From contig NC_006138.1 in the NCBI RefSeq assembly GCF_000025945.1, forward strand, positions 2,100,001-2,132,000: a stretch of DNA of 32,000 bases, given 5' to 3'. A program made the position numbers and the translations under genes. The notes under the pieces were generated by a model. The model had not been told where the DNA came from. It worked only from the letters and a program-made list of their open reading frames with translations, and ran no database searches. Shown piece after piece: positions 17,491 through 25,543 of this stretch. The DNA is from Desulfotalea psychrophila LSv54 (lineage in GTDB: Bacteria > Desulfobacterota > Desulfobulbia > Desulfobulbales > Desulfocapsaceae). Within the stretch, counting starts at the first letter, position 1, and every line of letters begins with the position of its first letter.

Positions 17491-18876
17491 TTATTCATAT
17501 TGCTCCCGGTATCTGCGCACAACATAGAGGGCAATGATGTTAAGAAACAGGGTGAAGATAAAGAGAAAGAGACCCAGGGCAAAGGCGGCCAGGGTCTTGG
17601 CACTGTCAAATTCCTGATCTCCCGTGAGCAGAGTGACGATCTGTACGGTTACGGTGGTCACCGCCTTCAGGGGATTATAGGTAAGATTGGCCGAGAGTCC
17701 CGCCGCCATAACTACGATCATTGTCTCGCCAATGGCTCTGGAGACGGCGAGTAACACACTGCCGACGATCCCCGGCAGGGCCGCAGGGATAACAACGTTT
17801 TTTATTGTTTCATAGGAGGTTGCCCCCAATGCCAGGGAACCATCACGTAGGGATTGGGGAACCGCATGGATAACATCATCTGAGAGTGAGGAGACAAAGG
17901 GGATAATCATAATTCCCATGACAAGACCCGCTGCCAGAGCACTTTCAGAGGAGACCGCAAAACCGAGATTCGAGCCAACATCCCGAATCATGGGAGCTAC
18001 GGTAAGGGCTGCAAAAAAGCCATAGACAACGGTTGGAATCCCGGCCAAAATCTCCAGAAGAGGTTTGACCCAGGTGCGCACCTGTTCCGATGCATATTCG
18101 GAGAGAAAAATTGCCGAGAGCAGACCTATGGGAATGGCAATAGCCATCGCTATGAGGGCAATCAAAATGGTACCGGCAAAAACCGGTACAGCACCGAAGG
18201 CCCCGGATGATCCTGCCTGGTCGACTCGCATGGCCGTCTGTGGACTCCACTTGAGTCCGAGAAGGAAATCTAAAACGGGGACCTCTCTGAAGAAGGCAAT
18301 TGATTCAATCAGCACCGACATGATGATACCAAGAGTGGTAAAGATGGCTACAGCAGAGCAGAGCATTAAAAAGATGGTAGAGAGTCGTTCCACGATATTT
18401 CTGGCACGTAACTCCAGGCTGATATTGCGGTAACTCAGGTAAAAGCCCAGGATGGTGAGGCCGAGTGAGAGATAGGCCATAAGGCTTTGCCAGCCTTGCT
18501 GAGTGGCGAGATAGAGTCGTGCACTTCCTGTGGCGGTGGCATTGTTGAGAGAGGTGACAATATCTCCCCGAATGGCATTTTTAACGTCATTCATTACCAG
18601 GGAGAATTCGTTGCCTGAGAGGCTCTGTAGCTCTTGGGGCAAACCCCTCTTTACAGCAAGGGTTAAGAGATGTCCCTCGGCCATCTGCCAGAGGCTCCAG
18701 ATAGCGAGTGCCGGTACGGCCGTCCAAAAAGCCACGAAGAGGCCGTGATATAGTGGCAGGGAGTGCAGAGAGCGCAGACCATCCTGTCTCCACAGTTCCT
18801 TGGCTCTGCCGGATCCTTTCAGGTAAGCTGCCAGGGCAAGAACAAGAATTATTGGCAGTAAATAGTTGTAAAGCAT
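17491..18876 (-). CDS. pstC: Phosphate ABC transporter permease PstC (long form)
   Basis: 461-aa ORF. It has the PstC core with the EAA loop ('AVPQSLRDGSLALGATSYETI') and an extended N-terminal region of about 150 aa. Confidence 0.88.
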   Translation of the reverse strand: MLYNYLLPIILVLALAAYLKGSGRAKELWRQDGLRSLHSLPLYHGLFVAFWTAVPALAIWSLWQMAEGHLLTLAVKRGLPQELQSLSGNEFSLVMNDVKNAIRGDIVTSLNNATATGSARLYLATQQGWQSLMAYLSLGLTILGFYLSYRNISLELRARNIVERLSTIFLMLCSAVAIFTTLGIIMSVLIESIAFFREVPVLDFLLGLKWSPQTAMRVDQAGSSGAFGAVPVFAGTILIALIAMAIAIPIGLLSAIFLSEYASEQVRTWVKPLLEILAGIPTVVYGFFAALTVAPMIRDVGSNLGFAVSSESALAAGLVMGIMIIPFVSSLSDDVIHAVPQSLRDGSLALGATSYETIKNVVIPAALPGIVGSVLLAVSRAIGETMIVVMAAGLSANLTYNPLKAVTTVTVQIVTLLTGDQEFDSAKTLAAFALGLFLFIFTLFLNIIALYVVRRYREQYE

Positions 18877-18912
18877 CGTCTATCTCGTCTGGGAAAAATT
18901 TGATCTAAAAAT

Positions 18913-19572
18913 TCAGGATATTCTGACAATGTCGCCTTCCACCAGATAGACGACCTCTTCGGCAATATTGGTTGCCCGGTCAGCAATTCTCTCCAGGTAG
19001 CCTGCCACTAAAAAGACATCTATCAGGGCCGACGAGCAGTCGTGGCCTTGATAAAATTCTGCCTTGATATTCTTGTATGCGCTGTCCCGCAGGGCATCAA
19101 CATCGTCGTCTAAAAAGAAGACCTGTCGTGCCTTGGCCGAATCTCGCTTGACCAGGGCGTCAATACTCATCTTCAACATTTCAATGACAATCCTGGACAT
19201 GGTCGAATAATCAATGGTCTGGCCGACCTCGATCTGTTGCTCGGAAATTTTTCTCACACAGCGCCCTATATTTACAGCTGTGTCGGCTATCCTTTCCATT
19301 TCGTTGTTTATTTTAATAACAGCTACAATGAATCGAAGGTCGCTGGCCACGGGTTGATACAGTGCTAACAGCTTGAGACAATCCTCTTCGATCTCTACCT
19401 CCAGCTCATCTATCTCATAATCAGAGCGAATCAGAGAGTTGACAGCCTCTTCATTGTGGCTCTCGATAACCTCTGTTGCCCTTTGTACCCGGTTTTCTAC
19501 CAGGCTACTCATGTGCATCATCTTGCAGTTAAGGGCGATTAATTCATTTTGAAAGCTATCCTGTAGAACCAT
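18913..19572 (-). CDS. phoU: Phosphate signalling complex protein PhoU
   Basis: It has two PhoU repeats with the E/DxxxD metal motifs ('NNEMERIADTAVNI', 'AGYLERIADRATNIAEE'). ATG 19572 (MVLQDSF...) has an AGGAGAGG RBS. The basic 30-aa extension from 19662 is rejected. Confidence 0.9.
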   Translation of the reverse strand: MVLQDSFQNELIALNCKMMHMSSLVENRVQRATEVIESHNEEAVNSLIRSDYEIDELEVEIEEDCLKLLALYQPVASDLRFIVAVIKINNEMERIADTAVNIGRCVRKISEQQIEVGQTIDYSTMSRIVIEMLKMSIDALVKRDSAKARQVFFLDDDVDALRDSAYKNIKAEFYQGHDCSSALIDVFLVAGYLERIADRATNIAEEVVYLVEGDIVRIS

Positions 19573-19661
19573 TATATTTTTCCTCTCCTTGCCGCTGCCG
19601 GCCTGTTTTTTTCTTTGCCGCTTTACTGATGTACATATTAGAGGCCTGATGTTCGTTTGCA

Positions 19662-19728
19662 ATTAGGTCTTTATTAGGATTAGGTTAGGAGGGGTAAAAC
19701 TTGTTGCAGTGAGGAGGTAAAACCTGCA
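19662..19728. promoter_or_regulatory. Direct-repeat cluster in the phoU/phoB divergent region (candidate PhoB boxes)
   Basis: ATTAGG occurs at 19662, 19673 and 19679 (plus TTAGG at 19685). GGTAAAAC occurs at 19693-19700 and 19716-19723 (23 nt apart), each followed by TGCA. This does not match the E. coli CTGTCAT Pho box. Confidence 0.3.
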
Positions 19729-19778
19729 ATACTCCTGCATGATTAACCTCCACCGGCAAAAAAATCCTGGGAAATAAA

Positions 19779-20507
19779 ATGGCAAAACTCCATATTCTTA
19801 TTGTAGAAGACGAGGCGGATATCCAGCAACTTGTGAGCTATAACCTCGTAAGAGCAGGTTTTAATGTGACGTGTGCAGATTCGGGAGAGGAGGCTCTGGG
19901 CTGTCTGGCCCGGGAGGCCTTTGACTGTATACTCCTTGATATCATGCTTCCCGGGATCAGCGGTCTTGAGGTCTGTCAGAGCATACGGCAGAACGAGGGC
20001 AAGTTGGACGCAGGGAGCCCCATCATCATGATGACCGCCAAGGGAGAGGAGGAGGATATTATTGACGGCCTGGAAAAGGGTGCCGATGATTACATCACTA
20101 AGCCATTCAGCCCCAAGGTGCTTGTGGCCCGGGTAAAGGCGGTGGTTAGACGAGGCCAAAAGGCAGAGGCTCACTCGGACAGCGGTCATATTAGCATTGC
20201 CAATCTCGTTATTGATCAGGGACGATATGAGGTTACGGCACAGGGAAAGGCAATCCAGCTCACTCTTACAGAATTTGGTATTCTGGTCCTCCTTGCTGAA
20301 AAGCCTGGTTGGGTCTTTACCAGACAGCAGATCATTGATGCGGTACGGGGATATGATTTTTTGGTTACCCCTAGGGCCATTGATGTACAAATTTTCGGTT
20401 TAAGAAAAAAACTGGGTGCTGCCGGTCAGTCTATCGAAACTGTGCGCGGCATAGGCTATAAGTTTAAAGATCCCCAGGAAGAGGACCTGGAACGGGGGCA
20501 GCGATGA
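19779..20507 (+). CDS. phoB: OmpR/PhoB-family response regulator
   Basis: It has a receiver domain (ILIVEDE...LLDIMLPGISG...MMTAKGEE) and a winged-helix output domain (LTLTEFGILVLLAEKPGWVFTRQQI...RAIDVQIFGLRKKL...IETVRGIGYKF). It overlaps the kinase gene through ATGA and lies divergent from phoU-pst. Confidence 0.88.
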   Translation: MAKLHILIVEDEADIQQLVSYNLVRAGFNVTCADSGEEALGCLAREAFDCILLDIMLPGISGLEVCQSIRQNEGKLDAGSPIIMMTAKGEEEDIIDGLEKGADDYITKPFSPKVLVARVKAVVRRGQKAEAHSDSGHISIANLVIDQGRYEVTAQGKAIQLTLTEFGILVLLAEKPGWVFTRQQIIDAVRGYDFLVTPRAIDVQIFGLRKKLGAAGQSIETVRGIGYKFKDPQEEDLERGQR

Positions 20508-22312
20508 AAGCTAAGAAAATAATCTGGCAAATTTTCCCGGCAAACCTGCTCATCCTCCTTGTCGCTCTGACAGCAGCAACATGGTATAGCACTGCAAGTA
20601 TTCAAGCATTCTTTCTGGCTGAAACTGAAAACAGCCTTGAGTCAAGGTGTCGTTTGGTGGGTGCCCGGGTAGTTGAACTTGTCGAAGAAGATAATATAGC
20701 TGAACTCAGGGATTTTATCGTTCAGGGTGGAAGGGAATCGGGCGTACGCCTTACTGTTATAGCTGCTTCGGGTAGGGTGCTTGCCGACTCCAACGAAGAT
20801 CCGGATATCATGAACAATCATCGGAATCGCCCCGAAGTTGCTACGGCATTGTCAGGGACAACAGGCAGCTCCCTTCGCTTTAGCACGACCCTGAGTGATG
20901 CCCTTCTCTATGTGGCCATCCCCCTTCGTTTGCAGGCATCTCCCGTCACAACGAATCTGATCCTGCGAGCCTCTCTATCGATTTCTTCTCTTTATCAGAC
21001 AATAGCCAGAATTAAACGACGAGTAGCCCTGGGGGCACTGGCCATTGTTATTTTGGCTATCCTCACCACCCTCTTTATATCGCGAAATATCAGCCGTCCC
21101 CTTGAGGAGCTGAAAATATGGGCGGAACGATTTGCTCATGGTGATTTTTCTAAGAGAAAAGAGCTACTTCAGAGCAGGAATGCATCGAGGGAGGTCGTCG
21201 CCCTGGCAAAAACCATGGAGAGGATGGCTGAAAATCTGCATGAAAAAATAGATATGATCAGCAATCAACGAAATCAGCTTGAAACTCTTTTTTCAAGTAT
21301 GCGGGAGGGGATTATTGCCATCGACTTCGAGGAACGAATTGTCCTGATAAACGATGCCGCTACCAGACTATTTGATCCCGGTGGCTCGCCGTCTGCAGGG
21401 AAGCTGGTGCAGGAATTTACCCGCAGCCTTGACCTCCTTCAGCAGATTCAGTATGTGCGGGAAACGGGTGAATCGCTGAAGGCTGAGCTTACCCTGCATG
21501 GAAGCCAGACAACCTCTTACCTGCAGACAAGTGCTGTTCCTTTCCATATGGCAAACGATGACAGCAGTGGAGTGCTCATTGTCTTAAATGATGTTACCCA
21601 TCTGCGACGACTTGAAAGCGTTAGGCGGGACTTTGTTGCCAATGTCTCCCACGAACTGCGCACCCCCATTACTGCAATACGTGGTTATGTGGAAACCCTC
21701 CTTGACGGAGCCCTGGATCAGAAAGAGGATGCCAGGCGATTTCTCGCCATCGTCCTCCGGCAATCGTCACGGCTCAGTGATATCATCAATGATCTACTTG
21801 CCCTGTCACGGATCGAACTTGATTCCAGTACCGATAATATTGAACTCGAAGAGCAACATATCTGTAGTGTTGTTCGTGCTGCTCTGCAAACCTGTCAGAT
21901 AGATGCCGAGCAAAAGGGGATTATTCTTCAGTTGCACTGTCCGGAGGATATAAGGGTCCCGCTTAATCCTCATCTCATTGAGCAGGCTTTGGTGAATCTT
22001 ATTGTTAATGCTGTGCGCTATAGTCCGGAAAAAAGTGAGATTAGGGTGGAAGTTCTTGCCTGCGAGGAAGGGCAGGAGGTATCTATCAGCGTTGCAGATG
22101 ATGGTTGTGGTATAGGGGCAGAGCATCTACCAAGGGTTTTTGAAAGATTCTATCGTAGTGATAAGGCACGGAGCAGGGAGTTGGGTGGAACGGGACTCGG
22201 ACTTGCCATTGTTAAACATATTGTTCAGGCCCATAATGGTAGGGTCGCAGTTAATAGTGAGGAAGGGGTTGGGACAGAGTTCTCTTTTTTCCTGCCAATA
22301 AAGGGAGAGTAG
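20504..22312 (+). CDS. phoR: Sensor histidine kinase PhoR-like (2 TM, ~140-aa extracytoplasmic domain, HAMP, PAS, HisKA, HATPase)
   Basis: It has the H-box 'FVANVSHELRTPITAIRGY', N-box 'LVNLIVNAVRYSP', G1 'DDGCGIG' and G2 'GGTGLGLAIVKHIV'. Predicted TM helices are at about aa 10-30 and 174-192. Confidence 0.85.
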   Translation: MKAKKIIWQIFPANLLILLVALTAATWYSTASIQAFFLAETENSLESRCRLVGARVVELVEEDNIAELRDFIVQGGRESGVRLTVIAASGRVLADSNEDPDIMNNHRNRPEVATALSGTTGSSLRFSTTLSDALLYVAIPLRLQASPVTTNLILRASLSISSLYQTIARIKRRVALGALAIVILAILTTLFISRNISRPLEELKIWAERFAHGDFSKRKELLQSRNASREVVALAKTMERMAENLHEKIDMISNQRNQLETLFSSMREGIIAIDFEERIVLINDAATRLFDPGGSPSAGKLVQEFTRSLDLLQQIQYVRETGESLKAELTLHGSQTTSYLQTSAVPFHMANDDSSGVLIVLNDVTHLRRLESVRRDFVANVSHELRTPITAIRGYVETLLDGALDQKEDARRFLAIVLRQSSRLSDIINDLLALSRIELDSSTDNIELEEQHICSVVRAALQTCQIDAEQKGIILQLHCPEDIRVPLNPHLIEQALVNLIVNAVRYSPEKSEIRVEVLACEEGQEVSISVADDGCGIGAEHLPRVFERFYRSDKARSRELGGTGLGLAIVKHIVQAHNGRVAVNSEEGVGTEFSFFLPIKGE

Positions 22313-22333
22313 GGGAGCTGTTTTTGCGTAACG

Positions 22334-22369
22334 AGTTATAACAGCCTGCTTATGTAGGCTGTTATAACT
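22334..22369. terminator. Perfect 14-bp hairpin between convergent phoR and phnA
   Basis: AGTTATAACAGCCT (22334-22347) / AGGCTGTTATAACT (22356-22369) with an 8-nt loop. There is no clear U-tract on either side, so terminator function is inferred from position only. Confidence 0.5.
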
Positions 22370-22385
22370 GTTGTGCGGGGAAAAC

Positions 22386-22961
22386 TTAAGCTGCTTTTTT
22401 TACAAACTGAGTAAGGAGAACAAGACGCTGTCCTTCTACCCGGCCTTCAATGTGTGCGGCATTGTCGGCAACCAGGCTGATATTGCGGACAGTGGTTCCG
22501 CGTTTTGCCGTGAATCCACCACCCTTAACATTGAGATCTTTGATAAGAGTTACAGAATCGCCATCGGCAAGTGGGGTTCCATTGCTATCAACGTGGACTA
22601 CGGAACTCTCCTCGGCCTCTTCTTCTTGTCCTAATTGGGCCCAGGCCAGGGTTTCTTCTTCAAGATAGAGCATATCAAGAAGATCCTGCGGCCAACCTTC
22701 GGCCTTTATTTTATTCAAGATACGCCAAACCATCACCTGAACTGCTGGTATCTGGCTCCACATGGTATCATTGAGACAACGCCAATGGTGTACATCGTCT
22801 AATTTTTCGATTTGTTCTGCACAATGGGAGCAGATTAAAACAGATTTGTCTGCATTTGCTGCAGATTCTGGTGGAACAGCAAAAACCACAAGATTTTCAA
22901 TTGCATTACATAACTCACATTTACTCTCACTACGTGCATACAACTCTTCCTGAACACTCAT
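22386..22961 (-). CDS. phnA: PhnA/YjdM-family zinc-ribbon protein (long ~190-aa form)
   Basis: It has the C-terminal PhnA domain (DSNGTPLADGDSVTLIKDLNVKGGGFTAKRGTTVRNISLV...HIEGRVEGQRLVLLTQFVKK) and an N-terminal Cys pair set (CELC...CSHC). The start is taken at ATG 22961, which has a GGAGA RBS. ORF 23054 would add a spurious hydrophobic leader. Confidence 0.8.
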   Translation of the reverse strand: MSVQEELYARSESKCELCNAIENLVVFAVPPESAANADKSVLICSHCAEQIEKLDDVHHWRCLNDTMWSQIPAVQVMVWRILNKIKAEGWPQDLLDMLYLEEETLAWAQLGQEEEAEESSVVHVDSNGTPLADGDSVTLIKDLNVKGGGFTAKRGTTVRNISLVADNAAHIEGRVEGQRLVLLTQFVKKAA

Positions 22962-23066
22962 TGACAAAAATTCTCCATTTTTTTTAATAAAAACAACCTG
23001 CGATAATGGGGCGCATGATAACATAAGTGCCAACAGAAAGATATTTTTGCTCAAGAGAGAAGCTTA

Positions 23067-23474
23067 CTATTTCTTTGTCGGGGACGAAAGAAAGCAACTC
23101 TTTAGCCAAGAAGAGAATCGTTGCCACCAGTTACCTCTGAGCTCCAGGATGATATCCTCTCGACGGCGGGTGGCTATTTGCAGTTCCTCTTCGCTGAAAT
23201 TTTCTCGGCCAAGATTTTCGGCCAGTTCAATATCCAGAAGTAGATGTTTATTGTCTGCACAGTTTATAACAGCTACCTCAATCTCTTCAAGCTTTAACTC
23301 CTGACAGGCTGTATAACGCCTGAAACCTGAGATAAGACGGTGGTTTTCATCAACAACAATGGGGTGGAGAAGACCTACCTTGGCAATAGAATTTTTCAGC
23401 GGAGCCAGATCGCCGGTACCTTGCCTGATTCTTGCTGCAGGATCCACAATTATCTCTTCAATTTTTAGCTTCAT
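23067..23474 (-). CDS. ParB/Srx N-terminal-domain-only protein (135 aa)
   Basis: ParB box I-like 'LKNSIAKVGLLHPIVV', the GxRRxxA arginine patch 'SGFRRYTAC' (23307-23327) and box III-like 'AENLGRENFSEEEL' are all present. There is no HTH or dimerisation domain, and the C-terminus is Trp-rich. A GGAGG RBS is present. Confidence 0.7.
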   Translation of the reverse strand: MKLKIEEIIVDPAARIRQGTGDLAPLKNSIAKVGLLHPIVVDENHRLISGFRRYTACQELKLEEIEVAVINCADNKHLLLDIELAENLGRENFSEEELQIATRRREDIILELRGNWWQRFSSWLKSCFLSSPTKK

Positions 23475-23663
23475 CTTTCCTCCTTAAAAGAAATATTCTC
23501 TATTAAAAAACCTATATTAATCTCAAGTATACACACTAAGTTCTTTGTAGACCCCATACCTTTTTCAAAAATAGTTCCTTTCGCCAGTTAACTAAGCACA
23601 GAGGGATAGGGCGGTTGGATAAAATATTTCTTGAACTGTTTTGCCTGTCGCTCAGTTTTTCTT

Positions 23664-23691
23664 TGCCAGTTGTCTGTAGAGTAATATAGAA
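23664..23691 (+). promoter_or_regulatory. Candidate sigma70 promoter of the partner-switching/ABC operon
   Basis: TTGCCA (23664-23669), a 16-nt spacer, then TATAGA (23686-23691), about 37 nt upstream of ATG 23728. This is a sequence match only. Confidence 0.3.
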
Positions 23692-23727
23692 TTATCGTAT
23701 ATCTTTATAGCAATAATAAAATACAAA

Positions 23728-25542
23728 ATGATGCTTCAAGGCTTTTTCTCAACTATGCTAAAAAAAATCAAACCGACGAGTCTTGGACAACGTACAGTCC
23801 TCTATGTGCTTGCGCCCACCCTTGTCATTCTTCTTTTTTCCGGTTTTCTTACATTTCAAACAGCCCGAGATATCCTCCTGCAGGAATGGATAGAGCAGGC
23901 CAATACAAGCCTAAAAAATGGGGCAAATATAATAGATGGCCGTCTCGAAGATCCCAAAAGACTCCTGCAACTTATTCAAAAGGCTCCGGTGGGTCCTGCT
24001 GGTTATGCAACGCATGAATATCTTATCGATCGTCTGAAGGGGATAAAAGGTGTGCTGGCAGCGGAAGTGGATTGGCCGAAATTTTCAGATGGCCCTCTTC
24101 CGCTACCTCTTACCGGTGCTGCTGTCATCACCACTATGCACAGTGGGGCGGCCACAGGTGTGCACACAACAAGGCCTAGTTATACCGAGACTTTTGCTCA
24201 AAAAAAGATCTCTCTTGTTTCAGAGTATAGGGATCAGAACAATGAATCTATTGGGAAAATTCAGGTATTTATATCTCTTGCAGATCTACTGAGTGATGTA
24301 ACAAATTCTCTTTGGTGGCGGGAGCAGTCGTCTTTTATTATTGATAAAGAGGGACATACCCTTGCTCACCTTTCTCAGAGCGAATTAAATAGAGCAAAAA
24401 AGATATTTGAGAAAAAAAAATGGAATAGGATAAATAAAGAGAAGTTTGGGACAATCTTTAGTGAGGGAAAACCCCCTAAGGAAGTCTGTGTCTTTTATCA
24501 TCTGGAGCAGGCCCCCTGGACTTTGGTTGTTATTGTCTCTGGCGAGAAGGTACTCAAGCCGCTACTGAATTTTCGTAATGCATATTTTTTTATCACCATC
24601 ATCACTGGACTTACCATCCTTCTCACTATCCATCTGGTAACCTCGAAGGTTAACCGTAAAATTAATCAGGTTTCAGCAGCGGCCAGTCGACTTGCTGCTG
24701 GTTATTTTAGTGAACCTCTCTCCATAGAAACCGATGATGAAATAGGTGCCCTCTGTCAGAACTTTAATGAGATGACCAGCCAACTTAAGAATGGGTTAGA
24801 TCTGCAGAAATCCATAGAGCTTGCTCGGGAGGTACAGCAGAATTTACTGCCTGGCAAGGATTTAAAAACAGCAGAGGTAGAAATTTCCGGCACCTGTATA
24901 TACTGTGATGCCACGGGTGGTGATTATTTTGATATTATCCCCTGTCCCCTATCAGATAGTATTGGTGTTGCTGTCGGTGATGTCGTGGGCCATGGCATTA
25001 GTGCCGCCCTGCTTATGACTACCACCCGGGCTTTAGTTCGCTGTAGACTTAACAGTTCGGGCACTCTGGCCGATGTTGCCACCGAGGTGAATGCTCTTCT
25101 TTATAAGGACACGGCCCAGGCTAGTAATTTTGTGACCCTTTTTCTGATGAAACTTAGCCCGGAACAACGAAAAATTTCCTGGGTGCGGGCAGGACATGAA
25201 CCTGCCATAGCCTATAATGCACGAACGCGGGTCTTTACCAACATACAGGGTAATGGTGTCGCTTTGGGGGTTAATCAGGCGTATCGCTACCAGGATCAGG
25301 AAATCACTCTGAGTAAGGATGTTCAGATACTGCTCATTGGTACAGACGGTATTTGGGACGCAGAAAATCCAGAAGGGGAACAATTTGGCAAAGAACGGGT
25401 GCAGAGCCTGCTGGCTGCAAATGCTCATCTTCAACCAAGAGAAATAATTTGCAATATATCAGAATCAATAAAAGTTTTTCAGAAAGATGCACCTCAATCA
25501 GACGATATTACCTTCGTCATTATAAAATTCCCTGCCATATAA
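23728..25542 (+). CDS. Transmembrane sensor PP2C phosphatase (extracytoplasmic domain - HAMP - SpoIIE/RsbU-type)
   Basis: Predicted TM helices are at about aa 23-44 and 285-305, flanking a ~240-aa outside domain. The HAMP domain reads (KINQVSAAASRLAAGYFSEPLSIETDDEIGALCQNFNEMTSQL). The PP2C/SpoIIE motifs are 'AREVQQNLLP', 'GGDYFD', 'GDVVGHGISAALLM', 'LIGTDGIWD' and 'QSDDITFVIIKF'. Confidence 0.88.
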   Translation: MMLQGFFSTMLKKIKPTSLGQRTVLYVLAPTLVILLFSGFLTFQTARDILLQEWIEQANTSLKNGANIIDGRLEDPKRLLQLIQKAPVGPAGYATHEYLIDRLKGIKGVLAAEVDWPKFSDGPLPLPLTGAAVITTMHSGAATGVHTTRPSYTETFAQKKISLVSEYRDQNNESIGKIQVFISLADLLSDVTNSLWWREQSSFIIDKEGHTLAHLSQSELNRAKKIFEKKKWNRINKEKFGTIFSEGKPPKEVCVFYHLEQAPWTLVVIVSGEKVLKPLLNFRNAYFFITIITGLTILLTIHLVTSKVNRKINQVSAAASRLAAGYFSEPLSIETDDEIGALCQNFNEMTSQLKNGLDLQKSIELAREVQQNLLPGKDLKTAEVEISGTCIYCDATGGDYFDIIPCPLSDSIGVAVGDVVGHGISAALLMTTTRALVRCRLNSSGTLADVATEVNALLYKDTAQASNFVTLFLMKLSPEQRKISWVRAGHEPAIAYNARTRVFTNIQGNGVALGVNQAYRYQDQEITLSKDVQILLIGTDGIWDAENPEGEQFGKERVQSLLAANAHLQPREIICNISESIKVFQKDAPQSDDITFVIIKFPAI

Positions 25543-25543
25543 T

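Noticed and set aside
19573-19662. 30-aa basic N-terminal extension of PhoU
   Set aside because: There is no RBS at 19662, whereas a strong AGGAGAGG precedes ATG 19572. PhoU proteins are about 220 aa.
19743-20390. 215-aa ORF on the - strand
   Set aside because: It is antisense to the phoB response-regulator gene. It has no motifs and would abolish the phoU/phoB divergent promoter.
22962-23054. N-terminal 31-aa extension of PhnA that looks like a signal peptide (MSKNIFLLALMLSCAPLSQ...)
   Set aside because: The internal ATG at 22961 has a proper GGAGA RBS and gives the ~190-aa length I remember for this PhnA subfamily. A secreted PhnA would be unprecedented. It could still be real, so I mention it in the feature note.
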